DNA from: Bacteriovoracaceae bacterium
Lineage (GTDB): Bacteria; Bdellovibrionota; Bacteriovoracia; Bacteriovoracales; Bacteriovoracaceae
Length of the DNA: 64,000 bases
NCBI GenBank assembly: GCA_965206965.1
Contig: OZ242254.1
Coordinates: forward strand, 1,619,466 to 1,683,465
Direction of reading: 5' to 3'
The notes below the pieces were generated by a model. That model was not told the DNA's origin. It saw only the letters and a list, made by a program, of their open reading frames with translations, and ran no database searches. Made by a program: the position numbers and the translations under genes. This document shows, piece by piece, positions 19,902 through 29,771 of the stretch; within the stretch, counting starts at the first letter, position 1, and each line of letters begins with the position of its first letter.

Positions 19902-20030
19902 TTAAGACTAATTTGCTTTGAGGAGCATTGGGTCAATAAACCTAAAGTTTGTTTTTTTACTTTTGTGTACGTAGAATTGTTTAGGTCAAATGTAAGGCGT
20001 TTTTCAGACGCAGTGAATGAAGGAGCTCAT

Positions 20031-20264
20031 ATGGTAAGAATAGCAAAAGCGAATAAAGTTGCTCAAGAAGAAAGTGCTGCTGAAACGGCAAAAGGTGGCT
20101 TGCGTGCTTTTCGAAAATCGTCTGATTTAGAGCAATTTTATCGCTTTGTTCACGAGAATGGATTAAGACGAGAAGCTTTTCATGCTCTCGAGTATATCGT
20201 CCATAAGCTGACTCCTCCTAAGAAGAGGAGAGGGCGTGGTAAGAAAGCTAAAAAGCTTCAATAA
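20031..20264 (+). CDS. hypothetical small basic protein (77 aa)
   Basis: AGGAG lies 5 nt upstream of the ATG at 20031. Lys/Arg-rich C-terminus PPKKRRGRGKKAKKLQ. The longer track ORF (19965) has no RBS. Confidence 0.5.
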   Translation: MVRIAKANKVAQEESAAETAKGGLRAFRKSSDLEQFYRFVHENGLRREAFHALEYIVHKLTPPKKRRGRGKKAKKLQ

Positions 20265-20291
20265 AAAAAGCTAACTTTTCTCCCTGGTAAC

Positions 20292-21743
20292 ATGGAAGTT
20301 AATCAAAAGCCTTTTGTTATTTTTGATCCTCTTTACAGCTTTATTCACCTCACTCCCGTGGAGAGAGAGGTTCTTCATTCCCCTTTCTATCAAAGATTGA
20401 GGTGGATTAGACAACTTGGCTTTAGCAGCTATGTATTTCCTGGGGCTGAGCACTCTCGGTATGGTCACTCTATTGGTGTTATGTACAATGCCCACCTCAT
20501 TTTGAGTTCTGTCGGTCGTGCTGTTAGCGACTCTGAATTAATGGATCCCAATAACTTATCTAGGGCCAAGGTGTACCACCAATCTGTTAGGTTGGGGGCT
20601 TTAATGCATGACCTGGGAACCTTTTGTTTTTCTCACACGACAGAAGCCGCTTATATTGCGTTTGGGGAAACGACGAAAACTAAAGGGGGCAAGGGGTTAA
20701 AAGATGATCATGAAAACCTAGGCTCTTTTATAATTAAAAACACAGACTATCCTGGTGGTATTACTCATATTCTTGAAAATTATGGTTATGATCCACAGAT
20801 GATCTCTGATTTAGTTAAAGGTGTTGACCCCTCAATCATAGCTAATCAAATCTTACATTCTGAGATTGATTGCGACCGTATGGATTATTTATTAAGAGAT
20901 GCTCATTATACTGGCCTTAAATATGGTTCTTACGATCGTGATTATTTGCTTTACCATTTTAAGGCTCGTCGTGTAGGCGATCATGAGATACTTACTATTA
21001 AGCACAATGCCCTTCATTGTGTTGAAGATTTTTTGAGCTCGAGGTTTGCTTGGTACTCCCAAGTTATTCGTTCTCCGCGAGGCGCTAAGTATGATGCGAT
21101 TGCTGAGTATCTTTGCTTTCATTTTTTAGAAAAAGGATGGATTTATCGTTACAGTGATTTATTGGAGATGATGAGCACAAAGCCAGAGCAGTTTTGGGGA
21201 TTTAATGATGGATATTTTATGAGTTTGGTCCACCAGCGCTATATGGATGGAAGCCTTGATAAAAATCCTGATATAAAGGATATGGCTGAGACTCTTCTTT
21301 TTGCTAAAATTGCCCGTCATATTAGGTGTGAAGAATTTCGCCAGCGTTTGGTTGATCAGGATGACCCAAAAGGGAGCCAAAAGATATATCAGCGTGCCGA
21401 GGCTAAAGTGAGAGAAATTAAGGGTATTTTAGAAAAGAAGGGAAAGCGGTCTGATTGGATGATTGCTGACCTTCCTAAAAAAGAGATTATTTTTGTTAAA
21501 TCTCACAAATCTGTTGTTGATGATAAAACATCATCGAATGTTCTTTATAAAAGAGATCCAGTGAAGATTTCTTATGAGAATGGGGATATTAAACTTTTGG
21601 CAGAAGTTGAAAACAGTGTTATTTCAAAGCTCCATCGAATTAGTAATTTCATTCCTAATGTTTTTGTTAATCAATCGGCTTATGACCTTCTTGTTAAAGA
21701 GGGACTAACAGAAGATGTAAGACCGAGTGAGCAACTTAGTTAA
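20292..21743 (+). CDS. HD-domain phosphohydrolase, SAMHD1/dNTP triphosphohydrolase-like
   Basis: The N-terminus FDPLYSFIHLTPVEREVLHSPFYQRLRWIRQLGFSSYVFPGAEHSRYGHSIGV aligns by eye with the SAMHD1 HD-domain start (DPIHGHIEL...FQRLRYIKQLG...VFPGASHNRFEHSLGV). HDLG and DCDRMDYLLRD motifs are also present. Confidence 0.8.
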   Translation: MEVNQKPFVIFDPLYSFIHLTPVEREVLHSPFYQRLRWIRQLGFSSYVFPGAEHSRYGHSIGVMYNAHLILSSVGRAVSDSELMDPNNLSRAKVYHQSVRLGALMHDLGTFCFSHTTEAAYIAFGETTKTKGGKGLKDDHENLGSFIIKNTDYPGGITHILENYGYDPQMISDLVKGVDPSIIANQILHSEIDCDRMDYLLRDAHYTGLKYGSYDRDYLLYHFKARRVGDHEILTIKHNALHCVEDFLSSRFAWYSQVIRSPRGAKYDAIAEYLCFHFLEKGWIYRYSDLLEMMSTKPEQFWGFNDGYFMSLVHQRYMDGSLDKNPDIKDMAETLLFAKIARHIRCEEFRQRLVDQDDPKGSQKIYQRAEAKVREIKGILEKKGKRSDWMIADLPKKEIIFVKSHKSVVDDKTSSNVLYKRDPVKISYENGDIKLLAEVENSVISKLHRISNFIPNVFVNQSAYDLLVKEGLTEDVRPSEQLS

Positions 21744-21961
21744 TTTTAAGCATTTGAAATGTGTTTAATACTAGGATTCTTGACCGCTTTACTTTGATCA
21801 AATCTCAGGGTTAAAATGACATCTAGGGAAATAAAATTTCCCCTTAAATCAGGACGATTTAAGGTAATGCCTTAGGATTGGTCACCATTATGCTCCAGAA
21901 CTCTTGGTCACTGAGAAAATTGGGTAAGAATTCGATTCGCAGGGGTTTATTAAATGGAATA

Positions 21962-22609
21962 ATGTCCCTCGAAAATGTTTCCGTAAAATTTGGAAATTTA
22001 ATGGCTTTACAAGATGTCCACTTCAAAGTGGATAAGGGTGAAATTGTTTTTATAACAGGTCCTTCTGGTGCTGGGAAAACAACATTATTACACCTTTTAG
22101 GGGGAGGGCTCTCTCCTTCCCAGGGAAAGGTTTACTCTCCAATTCATGACTCTAAAAGTTCTTGTTTTATTGCCCCTATTTTTCAAGATTTGAGATTAAT
22201 CCCTCATTATAGCTTGGAAGCAAATTTAATGGCTTCTTTTGATCCCAATTTTTACCGTGATAGAGGTGAGTTTTTAAGCGATATGATTGAATTGTCTAAA
22301 ATATTGGGTATTAAAGATCGTCTTCATTTAAAGGCATCAAAAGCCAATGGTGGTTTAAAACAGCAGATAGCTTTTTTAAGGGCGATTTTATCGCGACCAG
22401 ATATAATTTTGGCTGATGAGCCAACGACTAGTTTAGATTATGAAAATGCAAAAAAGATATATGATATTTTTAATTTATATAATATCAAGAGAGGTCTTAC
22501 AGTCGTTTGGGCTTCTCATAACAAAGATTTAGTTAAAAAATTTTCTGGTCGTATTGTTCATTTGGAGAAGGGACGTCTTATTTATTCAGGGCATGCATGT
22601 TTTATTTGA
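21962..22609 (+). CDS. ftsE: cell-division ABC ATPase FtsE
   Basis: Walker A GPSGAGKTT, ABC signature NGGLKQQ and Walker B ILADEPT. It is followed by ftsX. The track start at 21878 adds 28 non-conserved residues, so I prefer the ATG at 21962. Confidence 0.8.
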   Translation: MSLENVSVKFGNLMALQDVHFKVDKGEIVFITGPSGAGKTTLLHLLGGGLSPSQGKVYSPIHDSKSSCFIAPIFQDLRLIPHYSLEANLMASFDPNFYRDRGEFLSDMIELSKILGIKDRLHLKASKANGGLKQQIAFLRAILSRPDIILADEPTTSLDYENAKKIYDIFNLYNIKRGLTVVWASHNKDLVKKFSGRIVHLEKGRLIYSGHACFI

Positions 22610-23385
22610 ATCAATTTTTTTCTCATGTGAAAAAATATCCTTTGAGAGGATTCATTTTTTTTTCTTTTGGTGTTGTTGCTGTATTTTTTTCTTTTCAAAA
22701 GGAGGTTTTGAATTCACGTATAAAGGATTTAATTCAAAATTCTGAGAGAAGATCTTATTTCTATGCTTTAGTCTCTTCAAAAAAAAATATGGGGAGATTA
22801 CAACGTAAATTGCGAATTCTTCCTGGGGTTAAAAAAGTTCAGCTACTGGACTCCAAAGTGGTACAGGACAAAGCAAGTCTTTTATTAAAAAGTTATCCCA
22901 TGGAGATTAAAGAAGAGATTTTTAATTTGAGTTACTTTGGATTGAAAGTAGTTTTTGATGAAAGGGCGCAGAAAAGAGCTCAGCAACTGATTAGGGACTA
23001 CCTCGTTAGGTTAGTTGGAGAGGATGATATTATTTTGGGGGCAGTAAAAAGGTTTGATCCTCAAAGAAAAGCAAAAAAAATATTGAAATGGATCGATATT
23101 AGTGGGAGTTATCTAATTTTAAGCACTTTGTTTTTTGTATGGTTACTCTCGGGAGTATGGATTTCAAGGCCAATAAAGAGAGTGGCTTATTTAATGGAGC
23201 AGTTTCAACGTCGTTCAAATATAGCTCTGAAAACCTATGCAGCAGGAGTTGCTTTAGTTATTTTGTTGGGCACTACTCTAGCGCTGTTTTATGGTAAAAC
23301 TCCATGGTCAGGATGGGCAATATCCTTCGCCTTTATCTGTATTAGCTTTATTACTGTGTGGAAAAAATATCAATGGAACGATTGA
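22597..23385 (+). CDS. ftsX: FtsX-like permease
   Basis: TM1, a ~130-aa periplasmic loop, then three TM segments. Overlaps the ftsE stop by 13 nt. Confidence 0.7.
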   Translation: MFYLNQFFSHVKKYPLRGFIFFSFGVVAVFFSFQKEVLNSRIKDLIQNSERRSYFYALVSSKKNMGRLQRKLRILPGVKKVQLLDSKVVQDKASLLLKSYPMEIKEEIFNLSYFGLKVVFDERAQKRAQQLIRDYLVRLVGEDDIILGAVKRFDPQRKAKKILKWIDISGSYLILSTLFFVWLLSGVWISRPIKRVAYLMEQFQRRSNIALKTYAAGVALVILLGTTLALFYGKTPWSGWAISFAFICISFITVWKKYQWND

Positions 23386-24419
23386 ATTTTATTTTGTTAG
23401 CACTTTTCTTTTCACTTCCAATCTTATCATCAGTTCGACCTGTAAGAAAAAATATAATTTCTTTAAATTCTGAAATCCGAATGAAAAGAAAAATTATTTC
23501 TGAGTTAACAAAAGAATTGAACTCCTTTGAGAAAAATTTGGGAAAAAAAAATAGGAAATACATAAGAGTTGTTGAAAAGAGAAAAAATCTAGAAGAAAGG
23601 TCTTTTTTATTAAAAAAATCTATTACGTCTCAAGCCGCTGATACTAAAAATGAAATTCATGAAATTAAGTCATTGCTGGGCAAAATGGTAATTTCTAAAA
23701 TGGAAAAAGAAGATGAACCCTCTGATCTTTTAGCGAGGAAAATCCTAAAGGAAGGCTTTAAGAAAAAATTGATAGAGTTGCAGGGCAGTTTTGAGCAAAT
23801 TCAAGCACTCCAAAATGAAGTGGATTCATTGACTACTCGTTTAAAAGAATATTCACAACTTGAATTACAACTGGCTTCTTTAATTAACCTTATGGAAAAG
23901 AAAAAGAATTCTAAGGTCCATGCGTATCTCAAACAGAGAGAGGCTTATGGCCGGCTATCGCAAAAAGTAGATAGTCAAAAGAAAAAAAAATCTTTAAAAA
24001 ATATAAATAGTAGCAAACTTCAAAGGGAGTTAGGAGTTTTTAGTTCACCTTTAAAAAAACATGAAAAACTTGAATATGGAAAAAAAGGTGTCACCTATGT
24101 CTACCGAAAACGTCAACCTGTTTTAGCGACTAGGAAAGGGAAAGTTATTCATTCTGGTACATTGTCGACATTTGGTCATGTTGTTATGATTGACCACGGT
24201 CAAGAGACTCGAAGTATTTTACTCGGTCCTTTTGAAACTAAAGTGAAAAAAGGAATGCTAGTTCGAGAAGGAGATGTTCTAGGATATACTATTGGGCAGC
24301 CTCATGGATCAGGTAAATTTTATTTTGAAGTAAGAAAGAAAAATAAGGTGCAAAATACGATATATTTATTAAACACTAAGCTAATAGCAGAAGGGCGTTC
24401 TTCCCAGGAGAGCTCTTAG
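23373..24419 (+). CDS. EnvC-like coiled-coil protein with a degenerate LytM (M23) domain
   Basis: Signal peptide, a long coiled-coil region, and a C-terminal M23-like fold (GHVVMIDHGQETRSIL...GDVLGYT) that lacks the HxH metal motif. Its position after ftsEX matches the FtsEX-EnvC arrangement. Confidence 0.7.
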   Translation: MERLNFILLALFFSLPILSSVRPVRKNIISLNSEIRMKRKIISELTKELNSFEKNLGKKNRKYIRVVEKRKNLEERSFLLKKSITSQAADTKNEIHEIKSLLGKMVISKMEKEDEPSDLLARKILKEGFKKKLIELQGSFEQIQALQNEVDSLTTRLKEYSQLELQLASLINLMEKKKNSKVHAYLKQREAYGRLSQKVDSQKKKKSLKNINSSKLQRELGVFSSPLKKHEKLEYGKKGVTYVYRKRQPVLATRKGKVIHSGTLSTFGHVVMIDHGQETRSILLGPFETKVKKGMLVREGDVLGYTIGQPHGSGKFYFEVRKKNKVQNTIYLLNTKLIAEGRSSQESS

Positions 24420-24435
24420 TTTTTGGAGATAGTTC

Positions 24436-25824
24436 ATGTACTTTAAAAGAAAATTCCAATTATTATTTCTCGCTTTGGGATTTTTTTTTCTCACAACCTT
24501 TAATTCAACTATAGCAAGTTCTCAAAAATCTAGATTTGAGAAGTTAGAGTTATTTAATAAAGTGCTTTTTCTTATTGAAAACCAGTATTATCGCGATGTT
24601 GACACTGAAGTTCTTATTCAAGGGGCGATTAAGGGCATGATGAACACTCTTGATCCTCATTCTTCTTTTTTGGATAAAAAAGTTTTTGCCAAAATGCAAG
24701 AAGATACTTCTGGAGAGTTCGGAGGGTTGGGTATTGAAGTTAGTCAAAAAGACGGTGTCCTTGTTGTGACAACTCCTATTGACGATACACCTGCTTTTAA
24801 GGCTGGGATAAAGCCAGGTGATAAAATTGTTGAGATTAATGGGGACAGTACAATTGGGTTAACATTAGAAGAAGCTGTTCATAAAATGCGTGGTAAATCT
24901 GGGAGTAAAATTACAATAGGCGTAAAACGAGAGAACGTTGAAGGCATAAAGCTTTTTACTCTAAAAAGAAAAATTATCAAAATTTCAGCAGTAAAGTCCC
25001 AAATAGTGAGAAAGCACTATGGTTATATTCGGTTAACTCAATTTCAAAAAAATTGCACAAAGCAAGTTATTAAGGCTATCAAAAAACTTCACCATAAATC
25101 TAAAGGAAAACTTGAAGGACTTGTTTTGGATTTACGTTTTAATCCGGGAGGGCTGCTTGACGAAGCTGTCGATCTTTCAAGTGTCTTCCTAAAAGGTGGT
25201 GTTGTTGTTTCAACAGAGGGAAGAGATCCCAAACACAAAGAAATCCGTTATGTTAAGAAAACAGGTTATAAAGAGTTAGATATACCTATTGTCATTCTTG
25301 TTAATGGTGCTTCAGCTTCGGCTTCTGAGATTGTCGCTGGAGCTCTACAGGATTCTAAGAGGGCCCTGGTTATGGGCACTCAAACTTTTGGTAAAGGGTC
25401 GGTGCAATCTGTCGCTAAAATTGATAATACTCAAGGGGTTAAATTGACGATTGCCCAATATATGACTCCTTCTGGTAAAAAAATTCAAGCTGTTGGGATT
25501 AAACCTGATATTGTTGTTGATGAATTTGAAGGACCTTGGGTAGAGAAAAATCGCAAAGAGAGTAATTTTGTTCGCGAGATTGATTTGAGAAACCATCTAA
25601 CGGCAACAATTGAAACTAAAGAGGAAAAAAAATCTCGTTTGAAGCGCGAAAAAGAGGAGCGTCGGCGGAGAGTGAAGAATATTCGTGAAGCACGCAAGAA
25701 GAAAAAAGTTTCGAAGAGTAAGCCAAAACGTTATGACCCGGCTTCTGATTACCAAGTGATTCAAGCCGTTAATTATTTGAAAAGTTTTAAATTGATTAAA
25801 AAACTTGAAGTGGTTAAATCGTAG
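24436..25824 (+). CDS. carboxy-terminal processing (tail-specific) protease, S41 family
   Basis: PDZ region (GIKPGDKIVEING), catalytic Ser motif NGASASASEIVAGALQD and Lys motif TFGKGSVQ. It has an unusual Lys/Arg-rich C-terminal tail. Confidence 0.85.
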   Translation: MYFKRKFQLLFLALGFFFLTTFNSTIASSQKSRFEKLELFNKVLFLIENQYYRDVDTEVLIQGAIKGMMNTLDPHSSFLDKKVFAKMQEDTSGEFGGLGIEVSQKDGVLVVTTPIDDTPAFKAGIKPGDKIVEINGDSTIGLTLEEAVHKMRGKSGSKITIGVKRENVEGIKLFTLKRKIIKISAVKSQIVRKHYGYIRLTQFQKNCTKQVIKAIKKLHHKSKGKLEGLVLDLRFNPGGLLDEAVDLSSVFLKGGVVVSTEGRDPKHKEIRYVKKTGYKELDIPIVILVNGASASASEIVAGALQDSKRALVMGTQTFGKGSVQSVAKIDNTQGVKLTIAQYMTPSGKKIQAVGIKPDIVVDEFEGPWVEKNRKESNFVREIDLRNHLTATIETKEEKKSRLKREKEERRRRVKNIREARKKKKVSKSKPKRYDPASDYQVIQAVNYLKSFKLIKKLEVVKS

Positions 25825-25868
25825 AAAATATCATTGTATCGATGATTTTAGCTTGATAGATTTATGAT

Positions 25869-27167
25869 ATGCAAAAAGCACCCAGTGTTAGTGTTCTTAT
25901 CAACAGTATAAAAAACTGCTTAGAGAACCAATTCAAGTTTATTGAGGTTATTGGAGAAATAACTAATTTTTCCAAGAGTGGTTCTGGGCATTTTTATTTT
26001 AACTTGAGTGATTCAGAGGCGAGTCTTAATTGTGCTCTCTTTCGACTTGATGCTCTTAGGAACTCCCAAGTCCGAAGATTGAAAGACGGTGATAAGGTAG
26101 TAGCTTCAGGTCCTATTGGTGTTTATAGCAAACGTGGGAGCTTCCAATTAATTGTTAAAAGAATTATCCCTGTTGGGAAGGGTGACTTTAAGGAGAAGTT
26201 TGAAATTTTAAAGAAAAAATTGGCTGCTGAAGGGCTTTTTGATCTTGATAGAAAACAAAAAATTCCAAAATTTCCTAAGCGGATAGGTGTTATTACAGCA
26301 GAAGGTGGTGCTGCTCTCCAAGACTTTTTAAATGTAACAAGACGCCGAACAATGCAGATGGATATTCTTTTGTCCTCGGCTTTAGTTCAAGGGGAGGAAG
26401 CACCCCAATCGTTAAGAGATGCGCTTTTTCGGCTAATTAAATACCATCGTGAGGCACCAGAGGAGAAAAAGCTTGATGTTATCGTTTTGACACGTGGTGG
26501 GGGAAGCTCAGAGGACCTTTGGGCCTTTAATGATGAAGCTCTCGCTTGGGATTTATTCAATTGCCCTATTCCTACTATTAGTGCTGTTGGACATGAGGTT
26601 GACTTTAGTATTTCTGACATGGTGGCTGATCAAAGGTGTGAAACACCCTCTGCAGCGGCAGAAGTTCTCTCTTCCGGGCAGACCCACTTAAGGGAAATTT
26701 TTAGTCGATTAGAGCAAGGTCTTCGTCGAACAGGTCGAGAGGTTTTATATAGACTTCAAGAGAGGCTCGATCAGAATCACCCACGTTTAATTCTTAATAT
26801 TATTAAAGAGCGGTGGAATCATCTTGAAAGAAGATTGGAGAGAGCTAATGTAAATGAGCGTTTGATGGAGTTTACTGGTTATCATGAAAAAACTTTGAGG
26901 CTAGAAGATTTAAGCCATCGACTTCTACAAACTCTACCACGAAAGTCAAGTGAGTTGTTGGCACAGCTTAAAAAGAATAATGAAATGTTGAGAATTCTTA
27001 ATCCAGAAAGTGTTTTAGGTCGTGGTTATAGCTATTTACAGGACTCTCAGAAAAATGTTGTCACTAGCAAAGAAATCTTTGAAGGCCTTTGCGGAGGAAC
27101 AATTCTTTCGGTAAAATTTCATGATGGTACAGGTCATGTACAAAAAACAGAGATAGCAAAGAGTTGA
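25869..27167 (+). CDS. xseA: exodeoxyribonuclease VII large subunit
   Basis: N-terminal OB-fold region (IGEITNFSKSGSGHFYFNL), motifs GVITAEGGAALQDF and TRGGGSSEDLWAFNDE, and a coiled-coil C-terminus. Confidence 0.9.
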   Translation: MQKAPSVSVLINSIKNCLENQFKFIEVIGEITNFSKSGSGHFYFNLSDSEASLNCALFRLDALRNSQVRRLKDGDKVVASGPIGVYSKRGSFQLIVKRIIPVGKGDFKEKFEILKKKLAAEGLFDLDRKQKIPKFPKRIGVITAEGGAALQDFLNVTRRRTMQMDILLSSALVQGEEAPQSLRDALFRLIKYHREAPEEKKLDVIVLTRGGGSSEDLWAFNDEALAWDLFNCPIPTISAVGHEVDFSISDMVADQRCETPSAAAEVLSSGQTHLREIFSRLEQGLRRTGREVLYRLQERLDQNHPRLILNIIKERWNHLERRLERANVNERLMEFTGYHEKTLRLEDLSHRLLQTLPRKSSELLAQLKKNNEMLRILNPESVLGRGYSYLQDSQKNVVTSKEIFEGLCGGTILSVKFHDGTGHVQKTEIAKS

Positions 27168-27172
27168 GAGAT

Positions 27173-28105
27173 ATGAATATCTTTTTTCAAATTTTTTTAA
27201 CTTTAATCTTGTTTGTTTCTTGTGCCAATCGTTTGAAATCAGTATCTCCTGCATCGGTTGTTGATTCATTAAAAGCTTCTGAATCAAATTTATCAATCTT
27301 TGAAAATTTAAAACCTATTAATATAGAGATACGCCCAGGTGAAGTAGTTTATTTTAAATTAGAGTTTCCCAAAGATATATTTGGTGAACTTCATTGTAGA
27401 AATAAAATAACCGCTGTTTTTTTTAATGATGGTTATCAAGTTCTTTTGTCTGAAAGTTATTTTAGTTCTCTAGGTTCTTATCAGTGTAAGTGGAAGATCG
27501 AAAGCGAAGAGTTTGTAGTAGCTAATATTAAAGTTAGTTCTAAAAAATTTCCTTCAGAAAGACTTTATGTGGATAAAAGAAGAGTTACTCTTGAGCCTGA
27601 AGATATAGAGCGAGTAGAAAATGAAAATGAGTTTAAGAAAAAAATCTACTCTCGTAGCTCTCAACATCCTCTTTTCAAAGAATCATTCGAGTTACCTATT
27701 AATTCAGAAATAACTTCAATTTATGGCTCACAGAGGATTTTCAATAATAAAAAGAAGACACAGCATTTGGGAACTGACTACCGCGCTAGAGTTGGGACAC
27801 CTATTAGGACTGCTAACTCTGGTAAAGTTGTGATTGCTCGAGATTTATTTTTTTCTGGCAATACTGTTGTCATTGATCATGGCTTAGGAATCTTTACTAT
27901 GTATGGGCATCTCTCTAAGTTAGAAGCTTCAGAAGGTAGCTATGTTTCCAAAGGTGATATTTTGGGCCTTTCTGGTAAGACTGGAAGGGTGACAGGACCT
28001 CATTTACATTGGGGGGTTATTGTCAATGGATTGGCTGTTGAAGGCTCATCTCTTATCCGAGCTACGAGAGAATATTTTCAATTAAACTCCTTTAATAATG
28101 ACTGA
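27173..28105 (+). CDS. M23 family metallopeptidase lipoprotein (catalytically intact)
   Basis: Lipobox-like LILFVSC, HxxxD motif HLGTDYRA and HxH motif TGPHLHWGV. The ATG at 27173 is preferred over the TTG at 27164. Confidence 0.85.
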   Translation: MNIFFQIFLTLILFVSCANRLKSVSPASVVDSLKASESNLSIFENLKPINIEIRPGEVVYFKLEFPKDIFGELHCRNKITAVFFNDGYQVLLSESYFSSLGSYQCKWKIESEEFVVANIKVSSKKFPSERLYVDKRRVTLEPEDIERVENENEFKKKIYSRSSQHPLFKESFELPINSEITSIYGSQRIFNNKKKTQHLGTDYRARVGTPIRTANSGKVVIARDLFFSGNTVVIDHGLGIFTMYGHLSKLEASEGSYVSKGDILGLSGKTGRVTGPHLHWGVIVNGLAVEGSSLIRATREYFQLNSFNND

Positions 28106-29771
28106 TCTTTTCTCTTTAAAATTTGAATTTTCAAATCTTAAGTTTTTTTATTCAGATAAGTTGAATAAGGATGATTTTTCTACTCGAGAGTTAGCCATGC
28201 TTGAATGGCAAGCAATTTCTTTTAATTCAATACTAGAGCTGAGTGGTGCTGTCATTCTTCTTCATGATGATGATTTGAAGTTATTGAAAGCTTTAAAAAA
28301 AGAGGAGAGGTTGATATTTTTTCTTTCTTTAAGTGATGTGCCTGAAGAGTATCATGAATTGGTTTATTCTATTAAAGGAAAAGAGAGTCATGAATACTAT
28401 GAATTGTTTAATATTTTCGACAAACTAATTTCTCAAGTTGATCAAAAAAAAATAATAGCAAATTCTTATATTGCTCTGGAAAAATATCTTAAGCGGGCTC
28501 AACTTTATCAAAGTAATCAAAATAATGAGCCTGAGGGTTGTTATTTAGAGATTTTAAAAACTTATATTGAAAATGAAGAAAGAATTTTAAAGAAAAGTAG
28601 TTTTAAGCAATTTCTTAAGAAAATAGAAAAGTGTTTTGAAGCTTTTGAATTGTTTTACAATTTGAAAATTATTTGTTTTGAAGATATTTCTTCAAATGAG
28701 AAGGGTTTGATTTTTCCTCTTTCAGGACAGAAATATTTTCTTTATTTTGAAACAAATAAACCTGATGAGGATTTAACGGCTTTTGCTTTTGGGCTAATTC
28801 TTGATTGGGTAGAGCGTTTTTTGATTTTATATGATCAATCAGGAAAAACAGAGAAGGGACTTTTTCTATGGGAAGAGGCTTTTTCGAGTGTTCCAGTTGC
28901 TACTGCCTTATTGTCTTTTCAAGGTGATCTTATCTTACATAATGAAAAATTCTCTTTTCTTGAGATTCTTCCCTCCGAGTGCTTAAGAAGAGAGGATGGG
29001 CAAAAAGTAGAAATTAAAGGGCAAACCTATAAAGTTGCAAAGATATCTATTGACGATGAACTAAGTGAACTTTTTCTTATCCTATTTTACAGAGATCAGG
29101 ATTTTGTTAATGAAGATTGGTCACTAAAGACTGTGTCTGGACAAGAGTTAGGTATTATTTCCAGTTCAATTGCTCATGAACTAAATAATCCTTTGGCTGG
29201 AATTTTGGCTGCTATATCGTTACTGGAGTTGGAGAATAAGGTTGGAGATAATAAATTGTCTTTAGAAGAGATGAGGGAAAGCGCTAAACGTTGTAAAAAT
29301 TTAGTCGAAATATTTCTAGGTTTTTCTAAAGCTGGAGGAGTATTGAGATTGGAGAAAAACTCTTCTTGTTCAGCTCGTGATGCTTTTGATCAGGCTCTTG
29401 ATCTGTTACGCTTTAGAATGATTGAAGCAAATCATAAATTAAAAGTGCAATTTGAAGAACCTAAGCAAGAGTGCTCATTTAATAAACCAGTGAACTTATC
29501 TATTATGACAATGGTTTTTTATCTTATTTTAGGAGAGGTTCTGACTCAATTTGCCCACCTTGGTCTGGTAAGAGAAGACAAAGAAGAAAATGCACTAAGA
29601 GTTTTATTTGCTGAAGAAAGGGATAGGATTTTCTTAAAATTTGAGGATGAATCAATATTTTTAGAAAGAATTTTAGAATTTAAATTGATCCGCTACCTTG
29701 TTGATTTAGAAGGGTTGAGTTTAGATGTAAAAGAAGAGAGTGTATTTTTAACTGAATGGAAATTAACGTAA
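28098..29771 (+). CDS. HisKA-domain protein with no recognisable ATP-binding boxes (pseudo-kinase or phosphotransfer protein)
   Basis: Clear H-box SSSIAHELNNPLAGILAAISLL. The last ~150 aa lack N, G1 (DxGxG) and G2 (GxGxG) boxes. There are no TM segments. Confidence 0.7.
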   Translation: MTDLFSLKFEFSNLKFFYSDKLNKDDFSTRELAMLEWQAISFNSILELSGAVILLHDDDLKLLKALKKEERLIFFLSLSDVPEEYHELVYSIKGKESHEYYELFNIFDKLISQVDQKKIIANSYIALEKYLKRAQLYQSNQNNEPEGCYLEILKTYIENEERILKKSSFKQFLKKIEKCFEAFELFYNLKIICFEDISSNEKGLIFPLSGQKYFLYFETNKPDEDLTAFAFGLILDWVERFLILYDQSGKTEKGLFLWEEAFSSVPVATALLSFQGDLILHNEKFSFLEILPSECLRREDGQKVEIKGQTYKVAKISIDDELSELFLILFYRDQDFVNEDWSLKTVSGQELGIISSSIAHELNNPLAGILAAISLLELENKVGDNKLSLEEMRESAKRCKNLVEIFLGFSKAGGVLRLEKNSSCSARDAFDQALDLLRFRMIEANHKLKVQFEEPKQECSFNKPVNLSIMTMVFYLILGEVLTQFAHLGLVREDKEENALRVLFAEERDRIFLKFEDESIFLERILEFKLIRYLVDLEGLSLDVKEESVFLTEWKLT

